Of a stretch of DNA of 64,000 nucleotides, positions 1 through 13,614 are shown in pieces. The stretch spans positions 2,232,001-2,296,000 of the forward strand of contig JAYWIR010000030.1 in NCBI GenBank assembly GCA_036172245.1, read 5' to 3'. Position numbers and translations under genes: made by a program. This stretch comes from Raillietiella orientalis (lineage: Eukaryota). Every line of letters begins with the position of its first letter. The stretch's first letter is position 1. A model generated the notes under the pieces. That model did no database searches. It was not told the DNA's origin and saw nothing but the letters and a program-made list of their open reading frames with translations.

Positions 1-724
1 TAGTTAATCCCTGGAAGATGTGTTCGCACTGAATTGCACGCATTATCCAGGTAAATTGGTTCTGAAGGTCGTTAGGAATCCATGTGCTGTGGTAGTTTAA
101 CGGCAGTGGTGACTTGTGGACTCACAAATGACTGCTGGCTCTTTCCACGTGCTGATGCTGATTGGCAATAACAGTTTGCAATCCGGGATCGAGGTTCATT
201 TGTCGGGGAGATCATCAGTGACAAGTGAGTGAACATGAAGGACTGGTGGGTTGGAAGGGATAATGATGTTTATCTTGGATTACAAAGGCTTTGTTATTTA
301 CAGGATATCTTGGTGTTTTCCGTTCTGGTAACTGTTTACAGTTGAAAACACATTAAGTGAAAGAAGATTGGTGAGCTGATTCGTATTAGAATGGCGATGT
401 TAGTAATAAGAGCCATAGCTCTGAGTGTTACTTTTGGGTTGGAACGTGTTGAGAATTCTTTCTGGTTGATATTCAAATTCGGCATTTTAGTGGAACGATT
501 GTGTGTCCTCGCATCGGAGGATGTTGTTTCTGAGTGGGAAATGTTTGCTCGTAAGAGATTCTTGGATTGAATATTGATGTGCATTGGCACTTGAAACTTT
601 CGGACGACTATTGTGAATAACTCAAAAAGCACAGTTTCCATGGAGTCCTTCTTTACCTGAGGCTACAGAAACATTCTCTTCAGTTTCGGCTTGAGTGCAT
701 TCATTTAGGCCGCCTACCGTCGGC

Positions 725-1500
725 TTTTTTTTTCTTCTTCTTCAAGAACTTATGCTTGGTAAAGGTCGTAGCTCGAGTGGGGCTGATAAATTTCGGCCTC
801 TTGGTGGGAATTGAGATCTACATCAAGGAGGATTCAGGATGAGGAGAGATTTTCCAAGTCATGGTATTGATGGATATGGTTAATAATGTGAATGAAGGAA
901 TCATAATTTATAGTGCTCTCGGATGGAAATATTTTATAGAGAATTTTGTGGACCATCATTCGAGTTAAGTTTCGATTCCATGTAGGAGACGTTCTAGAAT
1001 CCCTAGGGAATCAAATTGTGAATTATAAATCAATAAATAACTCTAGGAATAAACAAAGACGCGGGAAATAGGGGTAGGCCGTAGCTCACTGTGACCGTCA
1101 TTTAAATATGTCTTTGGCGAGCGAATATTGTTCGAATGGGACAATTCTAGTAAAAAAAAATTCACATCTGAATATTAGAATGAGCAAGAAGATCGGCGTT
1201 ATTAGAGAGGAAGGTGCAAGAAACGAGAGTGAGAAGGAGGATAAAGGTTTGGGTAGTTTGATCTCTGCTTTGATGTCAAAAGCAGCATGATAATATCAAC
1301 TGAAAAAACTGAACAGAAAAGAGGCAAGTCTGTTTTCGCTTAAGAATCGCTTCAACCCACATTCGAGAGGACTATAGCTGTGTATTAGACAGGGTTTGCG
1401 GATTGCGGTAAAGATTAGAAGATTGATGAAACAGAAGGTAGGAAGAACAGGAATAGTTAAAAGTAGTCACTTTCGTGTATTGCAAGTTTTTGATTACATC
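725..1500 (-). mobile_element. 3' fragment of a LINE with (GAA)n-A tail
   Basis: TTTTTTTTTCTTCTTCTTC at about 725-743 is a GAA/A tail on the minus strand; same G/T skew as the 29-34 kb LINE. No clean motif was recovered. Confidence 0.35.
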
Positions 1501-2034
1501 TCGACAAATTAATGAACAAGCAATGTTTCCACTCTGAGCTTCCTAGAGGATATTGCTTTCTTCTCTTGCGTAAGCGAAACATTGAAAATGCTTTTAAGGT
1601 ATAAAAGATAAAATCAGAGACATTTTTTGTGTGAGGAATGCCAGTAATTCAACTATAATTCGAATAACAAAGCGCCCGAGTGGAGGATTCGGTATCATTA
1701 ACCATAACATGCATAATCTTCAATTAATCATGAATTTTTCTTGAGATTTTTATGTTCGAGGAATGATATACTAGATGTATGCTGAGAAAATTACCCCCTA
1801 CTTCTGAACGGATGGAATTTACTTTTACTGCATGTGCTGACAGGTCTTGTTTACATGTACATAAATGTCAAAAGGAGTAGTCAAAAATCATCTACCAAGT
1901 GCCAGCATCATAAGTGGGTATGAAAGAGATTCTGAGAACCTTGGCCAGTGGTGAAGTTAAAGAAAGGGTGAGTCCATGACGCCGCCAGCAGTTACGTTGA
2001 AGTCCATGGAGTCCCATAAGTACATAGAATAGAG

Positions 2035-2100
2035 AAATTGGCAGAATTCTTTATGCCAGATTTCTATAGAAAATCTGAGCATGAAGAATTCTACCAATTT
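2035..2100. repeat. Imperfect 66-bp palindrome
   Basis: AAATTGGCAGAATTCTTTATGC-CAGATTTCTA / TAGAAAATCTG-A-GCATGAAGAATTCTACCAATTT, with two mismatches and two single-base indels. Confidence 0.85.
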
Positions 2101-3073
2101 GATGACGATGAATCCACCAAGCTGATCATGGTTTTCCTAACCATGGGAATCAATGCAGATCAAGAAGAAAAAAAATATTCTAAGGGAGTGGCAAACTCTG
2201 GATTCCGTAATAACTGAACAAAAAGCAGAAATGGATTAAGAAACGGTACTTTTGGCAGTGCACATGGTTAAAAAGAGTTCATTATTAGCCGTGCATTGAT
2301 TCTAAATCTAGCATGAAGAATGCTGAAAACACACGCCCACGCAGTGAAAGAAGGATTTTTGAAATGATAGATGCAATTACTGCGAGCCTAAATGTGCTGA
2401 TCTTACATAAAGGGCATCAGGGATGATGAAGAGAATGCAAGCCCTCGTTTCAAAATTTCGTTTCATGCATAGTCGAACATTTTCCTAACCACTTTCTGGA
2501 TGTCGACCACCCACTCCCTGCGAGGACTAAGGAAGAATGTCATCTAAGAAGCATAAAAGCTGTGCACCCTGAACACATCCACGCAACCTTTCCTTGTACA
2601 AAGTGGTTGACCGCAAGGCACATTACAAATAGAGGCAAGCGAAGAAATGCAGGGAGAATAAAACCTACACATTAGTAGGGTACATGAAAAATAGGGAATA
2701 GAAGAGCAGAGAAGCTTATTTCTTGATTCATTTCACGAAAAGCAGTGCAGTGGAGGTCTTGGTGTTTTCTCAGGCGTTTGGACAAAATTCTGGAACGCTA
2801 AAATGTCTGCTGAGCAAATGGGAATTAAATTAAGACCATTATTCGATCAGATGAAAGTACGATATGAATATCTGCACCGACATGTGGCCACGTTCGCCCT
2901 TAATGCCTTTCATCTCTGCGACATCAGTGCATACAATTAAGATAAAATACAAAATTGTGAGATGATAAGAAGAGTTTTGTTTCAAGAAAGAGATTTACCA
3001 TTCTTCTTCACTGTATGGAGTCAGTCGATCATCTCGTGCTGACTAGGTAGCTAGTAATAGGCTGCTAGGCTCG

Positions 3074-5200
3074 CTAATCGCAATAAGAAAGAAGAAAACA
3101 GAAAATTCCAGGACAGAAAAAGAGAACCGAAGAAATCCTTTTCAGGGTCTCCAGGCAACCGTAACACTTTCCGCAGTCTCGGTGTAATAGGGAAAGCAAG
3201 AAACGGCATGCTATCCTCCAAGACTGCTTGGTGAGAGCGCTTAACGGGAGCACTAGGAGCGAATGGCAGAAATCTTTGAAAGATTCCTCGCTTTTGGAAA
3301 TTCGTGGTCCTGCTGATTGGATTCTGAGCACAGGCTGTTTTCGCGACTTTCCTCTTAGTGGACTTCCTCTTGCTTGAGTGAGAACATGAGCAGTCCTATT
3401 CTCGCCCAATTTTTGGAACCAGAGGCATTTCCGTTCAAGTGTTTCCGAAAGGACGGGCAATCTGCAAGATGAAACTCTCTCCACTACCCACCTAACCACC
3501 GTCAAACAGAAGCGGCGCCTCCTAAGCTCCTGTTCAGGAAACTACAAGCAGACTATATGCCTTTCCTCAAGTCCTACTAACGGAGCGATAGTGCACTCAA
3601 TACTCGCACAACAAGCACAGAAGCAGAACAAAACAAAGACCTTCCATTTAAATTCTATTTCTTGCCGCTGATAGAGGTCTTACGTAGAATGTGCCTCTCC
3701 TATCCTGAATAGGCTTCGCTTCCCTCACCTCTCTCCATTCTTGTGAGTTCTTTTCGTTACTTTTTTTTCTGGCTCGGTCTCCACCCGATGTGCCTGCTCA
3801 CTACGTCTCTGAGTAGCTCTTGATTTTTCCTCTCCATCCTTCACATCTAAGGTGCTCTCGGAAGCGCTTCATGGGCCCATTTTTATCAGGACACTTTGTA
3901 CCGTCTCTAAGCACCGCTCGTTTCTTCTACAAGACTTTTTCTGTTCCGCTGCCTCTCAAGCCTTGTTTTGGTTTCTTCGAGCCGTTGACCATTGACGACG
4001 TCTCTCTGTTCATGTTCATTCTGGGCGTTAAATGGTCAAGCATTTCCGGGTTGAAACTCAGTCTTTATTTGTTTCTCCGTTACGAGGGTTTTGTGCATCT
4101 CGCAGCTCCCTTTTCCCTCAATTAAAGGGGGAGAGCTGCACGTCGCTTGCATTCCTTACTTACCTCTTTCCCTCAGGCTGGAGGGAGAAGAACTTGCTTT
4201 TCAGCACTCGCCGATCTGGTGAGTGGCTCCCCCTTCATCTCCTGCCACCCTTTGAAATTTGCGTCAAATCTTTTCCTTGTGCCCTGCTCTCCATGAGTAA
4301 ATAGCACTCCTGGGTCTGGTAGCGAAGGTGTGCCAGATGTTCTGGCTTGGTGCATTTCAGGAAGTGGCCCTGCTGACATGCAGTGATCCCATGTTCAGGT
4401 GTCGCGCGCATCGCCAGCAGAAATCCTCCTGGTGCCTATAGATTTCTAGGACCTTTGAAGAGTTTCCACCTGGTCGCGCGGGAACATCTATTGCGAAATC
4501 TATTTTTGCATACAAACAGCCAATGCAAAACCAAGTTCACGTCTTCTCGGTAAAATGACAAAGCCCAACGCGTCGGTACCACTCTGGGAGGCGTTTCTGC
4601 TCGAAAGCAGATTGCCTGGCGAAATCCACGCGAGGAGAAAAAGAGAAGGAAGTGAGAAAACAAAAAACAAAAAAAAACGTCCTTGAAAACTACGTGGGTG
4701 GAAAGGTCAAAGGAAGGGATCTCAATAGCCTCCCTGGCGTACTCAGCATTTTCTCCAGAGTGCATTCAATTTCCTGCTTGTGGAGTAAGGGTTGCGGCCA
4801 TCTTGTTGTCATCCTCTGGAAACAGTACACGGGTATGGCATCTCTATTAAAGAAAGCGAAGATCCTCCATCGAGAGCTGATTCCAGTTCCATGGATTCTG
4901 TTGATAACCCCTTCGGAAGGTTATCTCCACAAAGTGTCAGAAGTGATCTGCTCTCTTCGGGGTTCTCTTCAGAGGGAGAAACAAGGAGATATTCCCTTGT
5001 AGCTGCCCTCCGGATAAGAAATTCAAGAGAGAATCCTTTCTGGGTTCCCTCCGAAGTGCGATGTGACCCCTTTTGTGAGTCCCTCCTGAAAGAATAAAGA
5101 AGAGGTTCCTTTTGGAGACAACTCGGAAGAGATTTCCCTACCATGCGTAGGAGAAATGGGTTGCGTCCTCCGGAATCTTACCGGATTTATAGGGTGGTCC
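3074..5200 (-). mobile_element. Second degenerate L1/Tx1-like ORF2 fragment, in tandem with the element above
   Basis: ORF 3074-3505 ends in a zinc-finger-like WRIACRFL...CGKCYGCLETLKRISSVLFFCP. Upstream remnants: SSMVNG...GLRG (about 3950-4000) and TPPRVVPTRWALSFY (about 4550-4600). Confidence 0.55.
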
Positions 5201-5229
5201 CAACAGGGTTTCTCCCTAACTAAAGAGTT

Positions 5230-8200
5230 ACACGCATCCTGGGGTGGCGTGGACGGTGTTTAAAGAGCTCTGCGAAGAGGTTCTCGAGTACTTGGGGATC
5301 AAAAAAAGAAAATCCGAAAAACAAAAAAAAGCTGGAAGGAAAGCAGCAAAAACAGAAGAATCTGATGGAAACCCATGATTTGGGTTCTTTCGGCGCAACA
5401 GCTCTCCGCTACTTCTATGGAGGAAGAACAGAGACTCAGTCGCCACTGCAAGCAACATTGTGCCATGCACAAAGAGGAGTTTTAGCACGTCTTTCGGGCT
5501 CTCCGTTGGGAAGTGCAGGGCATCAGCGAAACGCCCCGCATACTCTAGATGGAACCGCAGTGAATTAACAACTTGGACAGGTTTTCTCTTCACAGCACCT
5601 AAAACCCTTGAGGGGACGCATATCTCCTGGTTCCGCAGTGTCGACTTGCTTGGTGAAACTCCTTGCGGCTTCCGGAGTGACCTCGGGTCAAAGACACTCT
5701 CGATGCGCTGCTGCGGTGCTAATTCAAGCGGGACGGCCTTCGCCTGCTTCCCTGATCGCAATCCTGTATTGCGTCAGGAGGATCGCGGCGTCCTGGAGCA
5801 CTGAGAAGGCACGCCAGCAGGGTGGAAGAACCGCAGGCTTCAGTTCCGTAGTAACATGGAACGGGACGAAATGGTCTCTGAAGTACGCCAGAGTCAAGGA
5901 GGATGCCGTCTGCGTCGTACGCAAGTTACAGAAGACGCGAAAGAAGTGTGACAGTGACCCTTCGCCTTCCTCCCGGTTTACCTATTCATTTACTGTCTGT
6001 CCCTCTACTCTCCCTGCTTTTCTGTGTAACTCTCCCTTCTTTATGTCCGGTCTGCGAGTCGGTGGTTCTTGCTTTTCCTCTCCTCCGTTGAAATTTCAGA
6101 ATGGCGTAGTGGTTTGTTGCCTGATCATTTGAATTCTTTGGAATATAAACATCCTGAGGCGACAGGATGAAAATGGCACCGACTTGCGTTGCAATGGATA
6201 ACCCAGCTCAACAAAAGCAATACGCCGAGTCGTGGTGCCATTTCAGAGGTCAGATCCCCATCTGGACTTTTTTCTGAAGCCAGGTACTGCCGTTATTGGT
6301 CAGGCAGGAGATCCACGCATTGCTTTGCACCAAGGCAACCATCTGCCGGAGCTCACACCTGCAACGAGCCAAGCTTTGGTGGCTATTAACGAGGAAAGAG
6401 CTCAGCCCCTCGAAGCCGGCTGATTGCTCTGCAAAAAGACGTGCAACGACTCACTTGTGCGTCATCCAGTACTTGGCCACCGGGACCGGTTTTTGGAACT
6501 AAAGCAGCCGCTCTAACCAATCTAGCGTCAGGAGGCCAACTCCACCATCCCGACTACTCTTGGGGAGGAGGCGTGGGTGCGTGGATGCGTTTTCCTTGCA
6601 AGTTTCACCCTAATTGCTGCCATCCGGAAGAGACGAAATCTGCAACATCTCTTTGTCTGACACGTACAACCTTTTCAAGCTGGGAAAAAAAGGCTTATAC
6701 AGCTCCCGGAGACGTGAAGAAGCCAACACCAGCCGAGTAAGCAGCCGGCGCGTCGGTTTTCGGAAATTCCTCTGGAGAATTTCTCCAGTTGACCTCCAGC
6801 CCTTGGTCTGACGAAGTTCGTCTCCGCATTGCTTCCACGCTTGACTGACAACACTGAAAAGGTGAATCCACGATCCAATCGCATGCATGATTTTCTCGTT
6901 CCTCCTTACCCCGTTCCATCCGGTTCGTGACCCACGAAGACCCCTACGACGTGAATTTATGGTCTGGACGAAGTTCCAAGGGCGAACAGATGTCGCCTCT
7001 GTCCGACGATCATCATGGAACGAAGGTCTCTAGAGCACGCGTGCTCAGGGTGGAATCTGACCTCCTGAGTCACCCATGCAGCAGGCCATGCTGAGCTATA
7101 CACCTACGGACTGCAGGGTGACAATTGTGTCCCTCAAGCGCCTCTTTAATCACCGAGTGCGGCACGACAGACAAGATTGTCAGGCCGAAGTCATGGTCGG
7201 CCAGGCGGAAATGTCCCCGCTCAATTCACCGTGGGAACACGACCAATCTGAAGGCATCTATACGAAGATGAGTCTCAAAAGCAGTACAGCTACCCCAAGT
7301 GCAAGAAGAGACGAGACAAAGAAGCGTCCAAGGGACTCTTTCTTTCTTCCTTGAAACATCGCAAGGTTCAACTTTGAGAGGGCTTTTGTTCCTACCAATT
7401 GGTGAGACGAGCAAAGATCTCGGGATGACGTTCTTCCGAAAGCTACCGAGATCAGTATCGACAACCCGAAAATTTTTCAAAAGATAAACACTTTGAAGCT
7501 TCCAACGCGAACGGCGATGCCGCAAGCGAGGTCTTAACCGCTCCTCCAGCGACCGCTGGCACTTCCGTGGACTCCGCCGTCTTGCCGAGCAGCCGCGGAA
7601 CGAGGAGTCGTCAAAACAAAGCGGCTTCCGCACTAAGGAATTTTCTCGACCGGAACATTTTCGGGACACGGTCGTCACGAAAAGTCTCGATCGAGGCATT
7701 TTCGGAAAAGGAATGCTTGGAACATCAGAGGGAGCGAAGAAAAAAAAAAACAAATCGGAGTTCTTTTGAAAAACCCACTCAACCTCCTCCTCACACGCAA
7801 ACTCTATCCGTTCAGATTTATCCGAAGAACAGATTCGGAGGCACAAAAGCTGCAACGGTTGAACAAGAGTCTGGTGGTGAGAATGGTTCCGACATCAGAT
7901 GCAAAATGCCACCTGAATTCTGTGCAGCTGTTCGAAGAGGTGTAGTGGCCCCAAGTGCCTCCAAGCGCATCGCAGTCGGTCAGCACGACGTCATTTGGCC
8001 GAGGAACCTTTCGGGTTTCGCCACCAATGAGATCAAGGCCATCATCCTTGGGAGAGACCTCCTGATTCACGCGGAGTTTCGTATTCCGGATGGAAAGCTG
8101 GGGCATTGGAAGCGGAACTGCTGACTTCGGCCCCCGTTTCCAAATGAAGTCTCGCTCTGGTGTAAGGAGTGCAAAGCCACCTCTGACCCCGAAGTGCAAC

Positions 8201-11200
8201 TGACGAAAGGCAGTTTCCACAGGAGACGGTGCTTGTCGCGCACGCGCGCCAAAACCCTCTCTCGTAGGCTGAGGGGACTGGATCTTGGTCAGTTGCGTCA
8301 CCTGCCCGCAGCTAGAGGGAACTTTAGCAGTTCCGACGGAGTTCTGGAGCTGGAATTTTTCCCTGGAAGGTTGGGCATCACCAGACCTCGAAGAGTCTCC
8401 GCCTTGTCGACGTTTCGGGTGCATTTAGAACGGTGTCTCATGGGATGAGGAGGAACGAACAGCACTCAGAGGGGAAGACTTCTCGAGAACCACCGGTGAC
8501 CTCCACCAGAGTGCCGCAGTCACAGAGCTGACTAAAAATCGTGACTCCAGGAGCATTCAACATCAGCAGGGGCGAGAATCGGGCGTGCCAGCCCACCTCC
8601 CTGCTCTTCACGTTGCCAATTTTGTGTGGAGGTAGTGACTCGTTCGGCGTAGCTTTGCGTCTGGCTTACGTAGACGACCTTGGGATCACCACCGAGTAAG
8701 CAGAAAAGCGAAGCGAAACGACGCAGACTTTTCAAGATGTCCCATATGTCAGTCTTTCGATCAACCCAGGCGAGCGGGCAGCTCTGCAGATGCACCAAGA
8801 GTCTACGGTAGCATCTCCACACTTGAGATGAGCGATGCACACCGATGTCTAGGGAAGCTGTCTGGATTGCAATCGTCCCTAGCCGAGCCTGAGGAGCAGA
8901 TGCGTTGCTCCGGGGCCGCAGAATTCCCGCTCAACAAACGATCGATGATATTCTCATCACTTTTCTGCCTCCTGTCGAGTTCTCCATTTGCTTCGAAAGA
9001 CTGGAAGAGCGCTTCAGAAGAGACGGGACCTTGGTGAACGGCCATGAGAAGCTGCGAAGAGAAACATCAAGGAATCCAAGCACCTCCGAGCCAGGGCAGC
9101 CACGACGAGGGATCGAAAGGGGGCCTCGGCCCCACGAGCCCTGTCAGTTTCTTTTCTGACAGCCGTCTAGAGCTGCTGGCGTCCCTTAACTCATCGGTCA
9201 CGGAGTCTTTCCGTGCCGCGCTACGGCCTGTCGCGCCTCTGGACAAGGGTACGTTGGGAGGTCTTTCCGCAATAGTTTGCTCCCCGCGGTCATCGGGGAC
9301 ACGACCGTCGGTGCATCGATGGGGAAGAAGGTTCCCTCCAGGATGCGTGCATTCTGGAGCGACGACGCACGGCATTCTGACTGGGGAACATCCGTGCCCT
9401 TCTCAGCACGTCGCCGAAGCTTCAGCCAACTTCCCCACCAACAGAGATACGCGCGGTTCTCAGGCTATCGGTTCGTCTGCGAGGCGCGGTTGAATGTTTT
9501 TCCCATGCGCAGGCAAGCGGACCACTCTTGCAGAAGATGCAGCTGCTGCATGTGACACCTCCATCACCACTCCAAGCTACAGGTCGTAAGAACGAGTGCT
9601 GAAAGTCGCGGCAGGATTCTGAGAGACTCAACCAGTCGACACCGAGACTCGGAACTCCGCCAGTCCGGATGCGACTCTAAGGATGCTGTGCTGCCCCTTT
9701 GACAGCTCGCCGGCGGCGTTCTGATCTGCCCTAAAGAATAAAGAGGTGAGATACCCTTCATCGGAGCTGTCCCGGACTGGATCGCAGACGGTAGTACGCG
9801 CGATCGTGGTCGCATCTCTTGAATCCTGCGAGCGATGCCTTCCTCAAGGAACCAGTTGCTCCCATTGCCGGACGCGGATAAGATGAGGAGGCGCACAGTC
9901 TCCACGAGCATCCAGCACAGCAGGGGCACTTATGTTGGACTCGTTGCCTGGGACATCAGTCACACGAAAGGTCAGGGATTCTTCCTGAAGTGCAACTGCG
10001 GCCGTAGGAAAACCCGAACGCGGAAGGTGAACTTCACGAAGAGGAGGAAGAAGTTTGAGCTGGAAGACATTTGGCCACGGTGTCCGCTCGTGACATCTAG
10101 CGCCGCATGTTCGAATTTTGGTGAAAGATCAGTGCCGAGCTTGGATGCATCGTGGGTTCTGAGTTCATCCGGAAGATGACGCTCACATTTCGGATTTGCA
10201 CCGTCGGGATGCGCTCGCGTCCGCAGCCGTAGCCTCTTTGATTAGCCGGAAATTGGAAGTGGATCCTTCAGGATCCTTCCTAGGATTCAGGAACTCGTTC
10301 CCTAAGAGTTGCAGAATTGCGGACGGCATCTTCAAGACGCTCCAGTCGTCCAGCATGCAGACGGACCTATTGAGCACGATTATCAGGATAACTTTCTGAT
10401 ATCACGGATAGGTTTTAGAAGAGCATGCTGATTAGCACTTCCCTTCTCCAAGGGTTCTCATTCTTCATGGCTCACTCTAGCAAGGGATGATCTGAGAGAA
10501 ATGTCTGAGTATCCTGAAATTCTGCAGACGCTTGCCGGTGTCCTCGCTGAGCAGGATACGGTCGGATGGCTTCTGGTTCGCAGTCAACTGTTCCGTTCTG
10601 AATCCTTCAGACAGCTGCAGACACGCAGTCACCCCTCTTGCGCGCTCCTTCCTCGTGCTACCCTGGATGCTCGGTTCGGCCACCAAGATCACCACTCTAG
10701 AGAAGTCTCTGAAGAGGGGTTGCGCATTGTTTCTCATTATGGTGGGACACTGACTGAAGATCCGTCCTTCCCAAGCAGAGAGTGTTTCCAGGATGGAATC
10801 TGGCAACTCGTCCCTGACGATGATTGCCACTCCTTCCCTTTGCATGGACTCCCGCAGCTGATGGAAGGTTGAGCGTACAGTTTGTCTCGGACCTTCTTTC
10901 CGATGGCTCATCGGGTGGATTTCCCCAGGACCGTAGCACCATGCCTGATCATCGAAACGATTTAAACGAATCCAATTCATTAGATCTAAGCACACGTTGA
11001 TGTTCTAGGACACGATCCTGATGTTCTTCACCTTCGACAACAACAAGGCCATGAGACTTCATTCGGTGGACTTCTCTCGTTTACGAGGCTTTCCCTCCTC
11101 CTTGGAATAGCTGCTGCTCTGCTTCCTCATGGCTATCCAAGTCTTTGCAGTGCGTGCTTTCCCTGTGGTTGGTTCCTTTCTCGTAGTCTCGCTTGGTTTT

Positions 11201-11800
11201 AGGTGATGGTCCTGGCGTTTCCGATTGTGACCGTATTATTCAGCCACTGAATCCACAGCCGTGTGTTCGCGTTACTCGTTCTCGGTTACACGCCCTCGTT
11301 TGGACCCTCTGGGAGGTTTTCTCTACTGACCATGGACTCATCGCATGCTGTCGGGGATACGGATCCGTACTTCAGCAAGAATTTCGCATGACGGGCCAAT
11401 GATCTGACACCTTCTATCAGCTCCCGTGCTCTCTTGAAAGTACTCCCTGGGTTTCTTTGTTTCTTTTCTATGAGCTTTTACCTGCCTCAGTTCCACCCGT
11501 GTCACACTGGAAACTTTCTTCTTCCAGGTTGCAGACTCCTTTTCTTGTTTCTGATTTTTTATCTCGGGTTTCCTCCCAGAATACGAAAGTTTGTGGTTGG
11601 ATTTGCCGCTGTTTGATTTGTTGACTTCACACTGGGTCTGACTGCTCTCTTCAGAGGGAGCCACAGGTTTTCCCTGCATTTGAAACCTCCATTGGTGTTT
11701 CTTCTTGAGAGTTCAGCTCTTTGAGGAGGTGATACCTCACTAGTTAGGTGGTGCACAAGGCTTCTACATGCCCTTCCTGTCTGCCCATATTTGACACAGA
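5230..11800 (-). mobile_element. Highly degenerate, near full-length L1/Tx1-like non-LTR retrotransposon
   Basis: Minus-strand remnants in canonical order: endonuclease-like IIDRLL (about 8940), RKVPRPND (cf. KSPGPDG, about 8010), EFRWHFASDVGTILTTRLLFNR (cf. NWRPISLLNVDYKILAKILANR, about 7860-7920), LTRLVLASSRL and LPKSSRDGGVGL (cf. LPK..GGLGL, about 6530-6570). Boundaries are approximate. Confidence 0.6.
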
Positions 11801-12575
11801 ACACTTTCGTGAGTGCTGTCTCTCCCTATCCGATTTGTCTGCGCCTCCGACAAATAAAGAGGTTGCTTCTTGTAGATGATTATCATTTTCTGTGATTTAT
11901 AATTCTGGGAATTTGTATGCAGCCTTTCATTTTTATTTTCACAGTTCTTCTCCCGTGTTTGCACGCTTTTGACTATGCCAAACTTTGTGAAAAAATTCCA
12001 GATTGCCTTCTAGGACGTTTCAAAGCTAATGTCGAACAAGAATACGGTCGATATCACCCTTCACCTGTGCCAGAACTTCGCATTATGAGTAGGTGGAAGA
12101 TCCACATATGTGAGGCATGACTGCATCGATCTTCTTAAAATTGTCATTTTCCCCGTATAGTGAGACAGAAACTTTTCACATCACCCCTTTTCTGAGTGGA
12201 TCCCTTTGAGGGTGGATGGTTTCATACCCATCTCCACAATGAGTGTATGTATATTGGGGATCATACTGAAGCCGAAACAACCATAGGTGCTGTCATAGTC
12301 TTCATTAATCAGCATTAGGTGAGAACTATGCTCTCTTATTGGCCTTCGTCTCTACTGCAACGCTAAAGCACCATGCATCTATAAAAGTAAAGTTCCAAGG
12401 AGCTCCCATAACCAGCCATTCTTTCTCGAACAGCAAAATTTTGCTTCAAATACGAGTACTCAGATCCGCAATCATTGCAATAAATCATAATTCATGAAAA
12501 AAAATAACAAACAATAAGAACTAATCACCAATCCATGTTTTCCAAAGACACAGTTTACATTGCCTACATTATTAA

Positions 12576-13065
12576 CCCTTTAAGTGGTATGGACTCTTGG
12601 ACGCGATTAGCAAATGGTTTTACCTTGTATACGCGACATAAGCCAACGCTATCAATGCTCGAGATCGACGACGCATGCGCTTACGTTCCTACAATTTCCT
12701 TAGCAACGATAGTAAACAAAATTCTATGTATATCGGCTGACTATTGTCGGTTTTTCTCGGTGTCGTATAGAATTTATAATGTTGTTTTTCATCTTTGTGA
12801 TCTCTTAAAAATGTGAATCAAGACTGATTGATTCGAACTGTACTTTTTAAATAGATGATATATGCTTGGAACAAATGAAGATATTATATTTAAATGTGGT
12901 GTAAATAAACAATTACAATAGTAAACTGTAATCAGCAGTAAAGTCAATCAGTGCCTCGATCGAGCGCGCGGTACGCGAAAGGGCAGTCCATCCACAGGGA
13001 TGACCACTGCGACTCGCATGCCGTCAACACGGAAGGTTTCAATCTCGAGCTCCGCACCCAAAGGG
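12576..13065. mobile_element. piggyBac-type non-autonomous DNA transposon (MITE), copy 1
   Basis: TTAA|CCCTTTAAGTG ... CACCCAAAGGG|TCAA termini; the body aligns in reverse complement with 29093-29557. Confidence 0.8.
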
Positions 13066-13549
13066 TCAACATTATTCTAATATCTAATCCAAATCCAAAT
13101 ACTAAAAACCAAAAAATTTGTAATATTCGTCTGCCAGGCATAAATCAACACAAAAACAGACACTGTGAAGACCTATTCCATGATAACAAACATTCATAAT
13201 CTAAAATTTAACTCATTCAAACATTCCGAGATTATAAGTTAAGTAAACTACTAACCTTTAAAGTTAGAAATATAAAACCTATGAGCTTGAAATAAGGGAC
13301 TATCATTCCCCATTTCAAGCCTCTGGTTCTCATCAGTACTTACACAGTTACAAACGACCTTTCTCGATAAGTTTTGCATGATGCCCTATTCAAAATTATA
13401 ATAATGACCAACAAGAATACATATGAGAATCCAAGAATTCACCTATGATGCCAAAAACCACCATTCTTCTCAGACTATTGTAACATATAAAGCCATAATT
13501 AGTACACCCAACAGCCTAGCTAATAAATTCAAAATGATAACAAAAAAAG

Positions 13550-13614
13550 TACCTCTTATAATCATCCTATAAGTTGTATATAGGATGATTATAAGAGGTA
13601 ATTTACAACTTATA
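13550..13614. repeat. Perfect 22-bp inverted repeat with an overlapping second inverted pair
   Basis: TACCTCTTATAATCATCCTATA (13550-13571) / TATAGGATGATTATAAGAGGTA (13579-13600); TATAAGTTGTA (13568-13578) is mirrored by TACAACTTATA (13604-13614). Confidence 0.95.
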
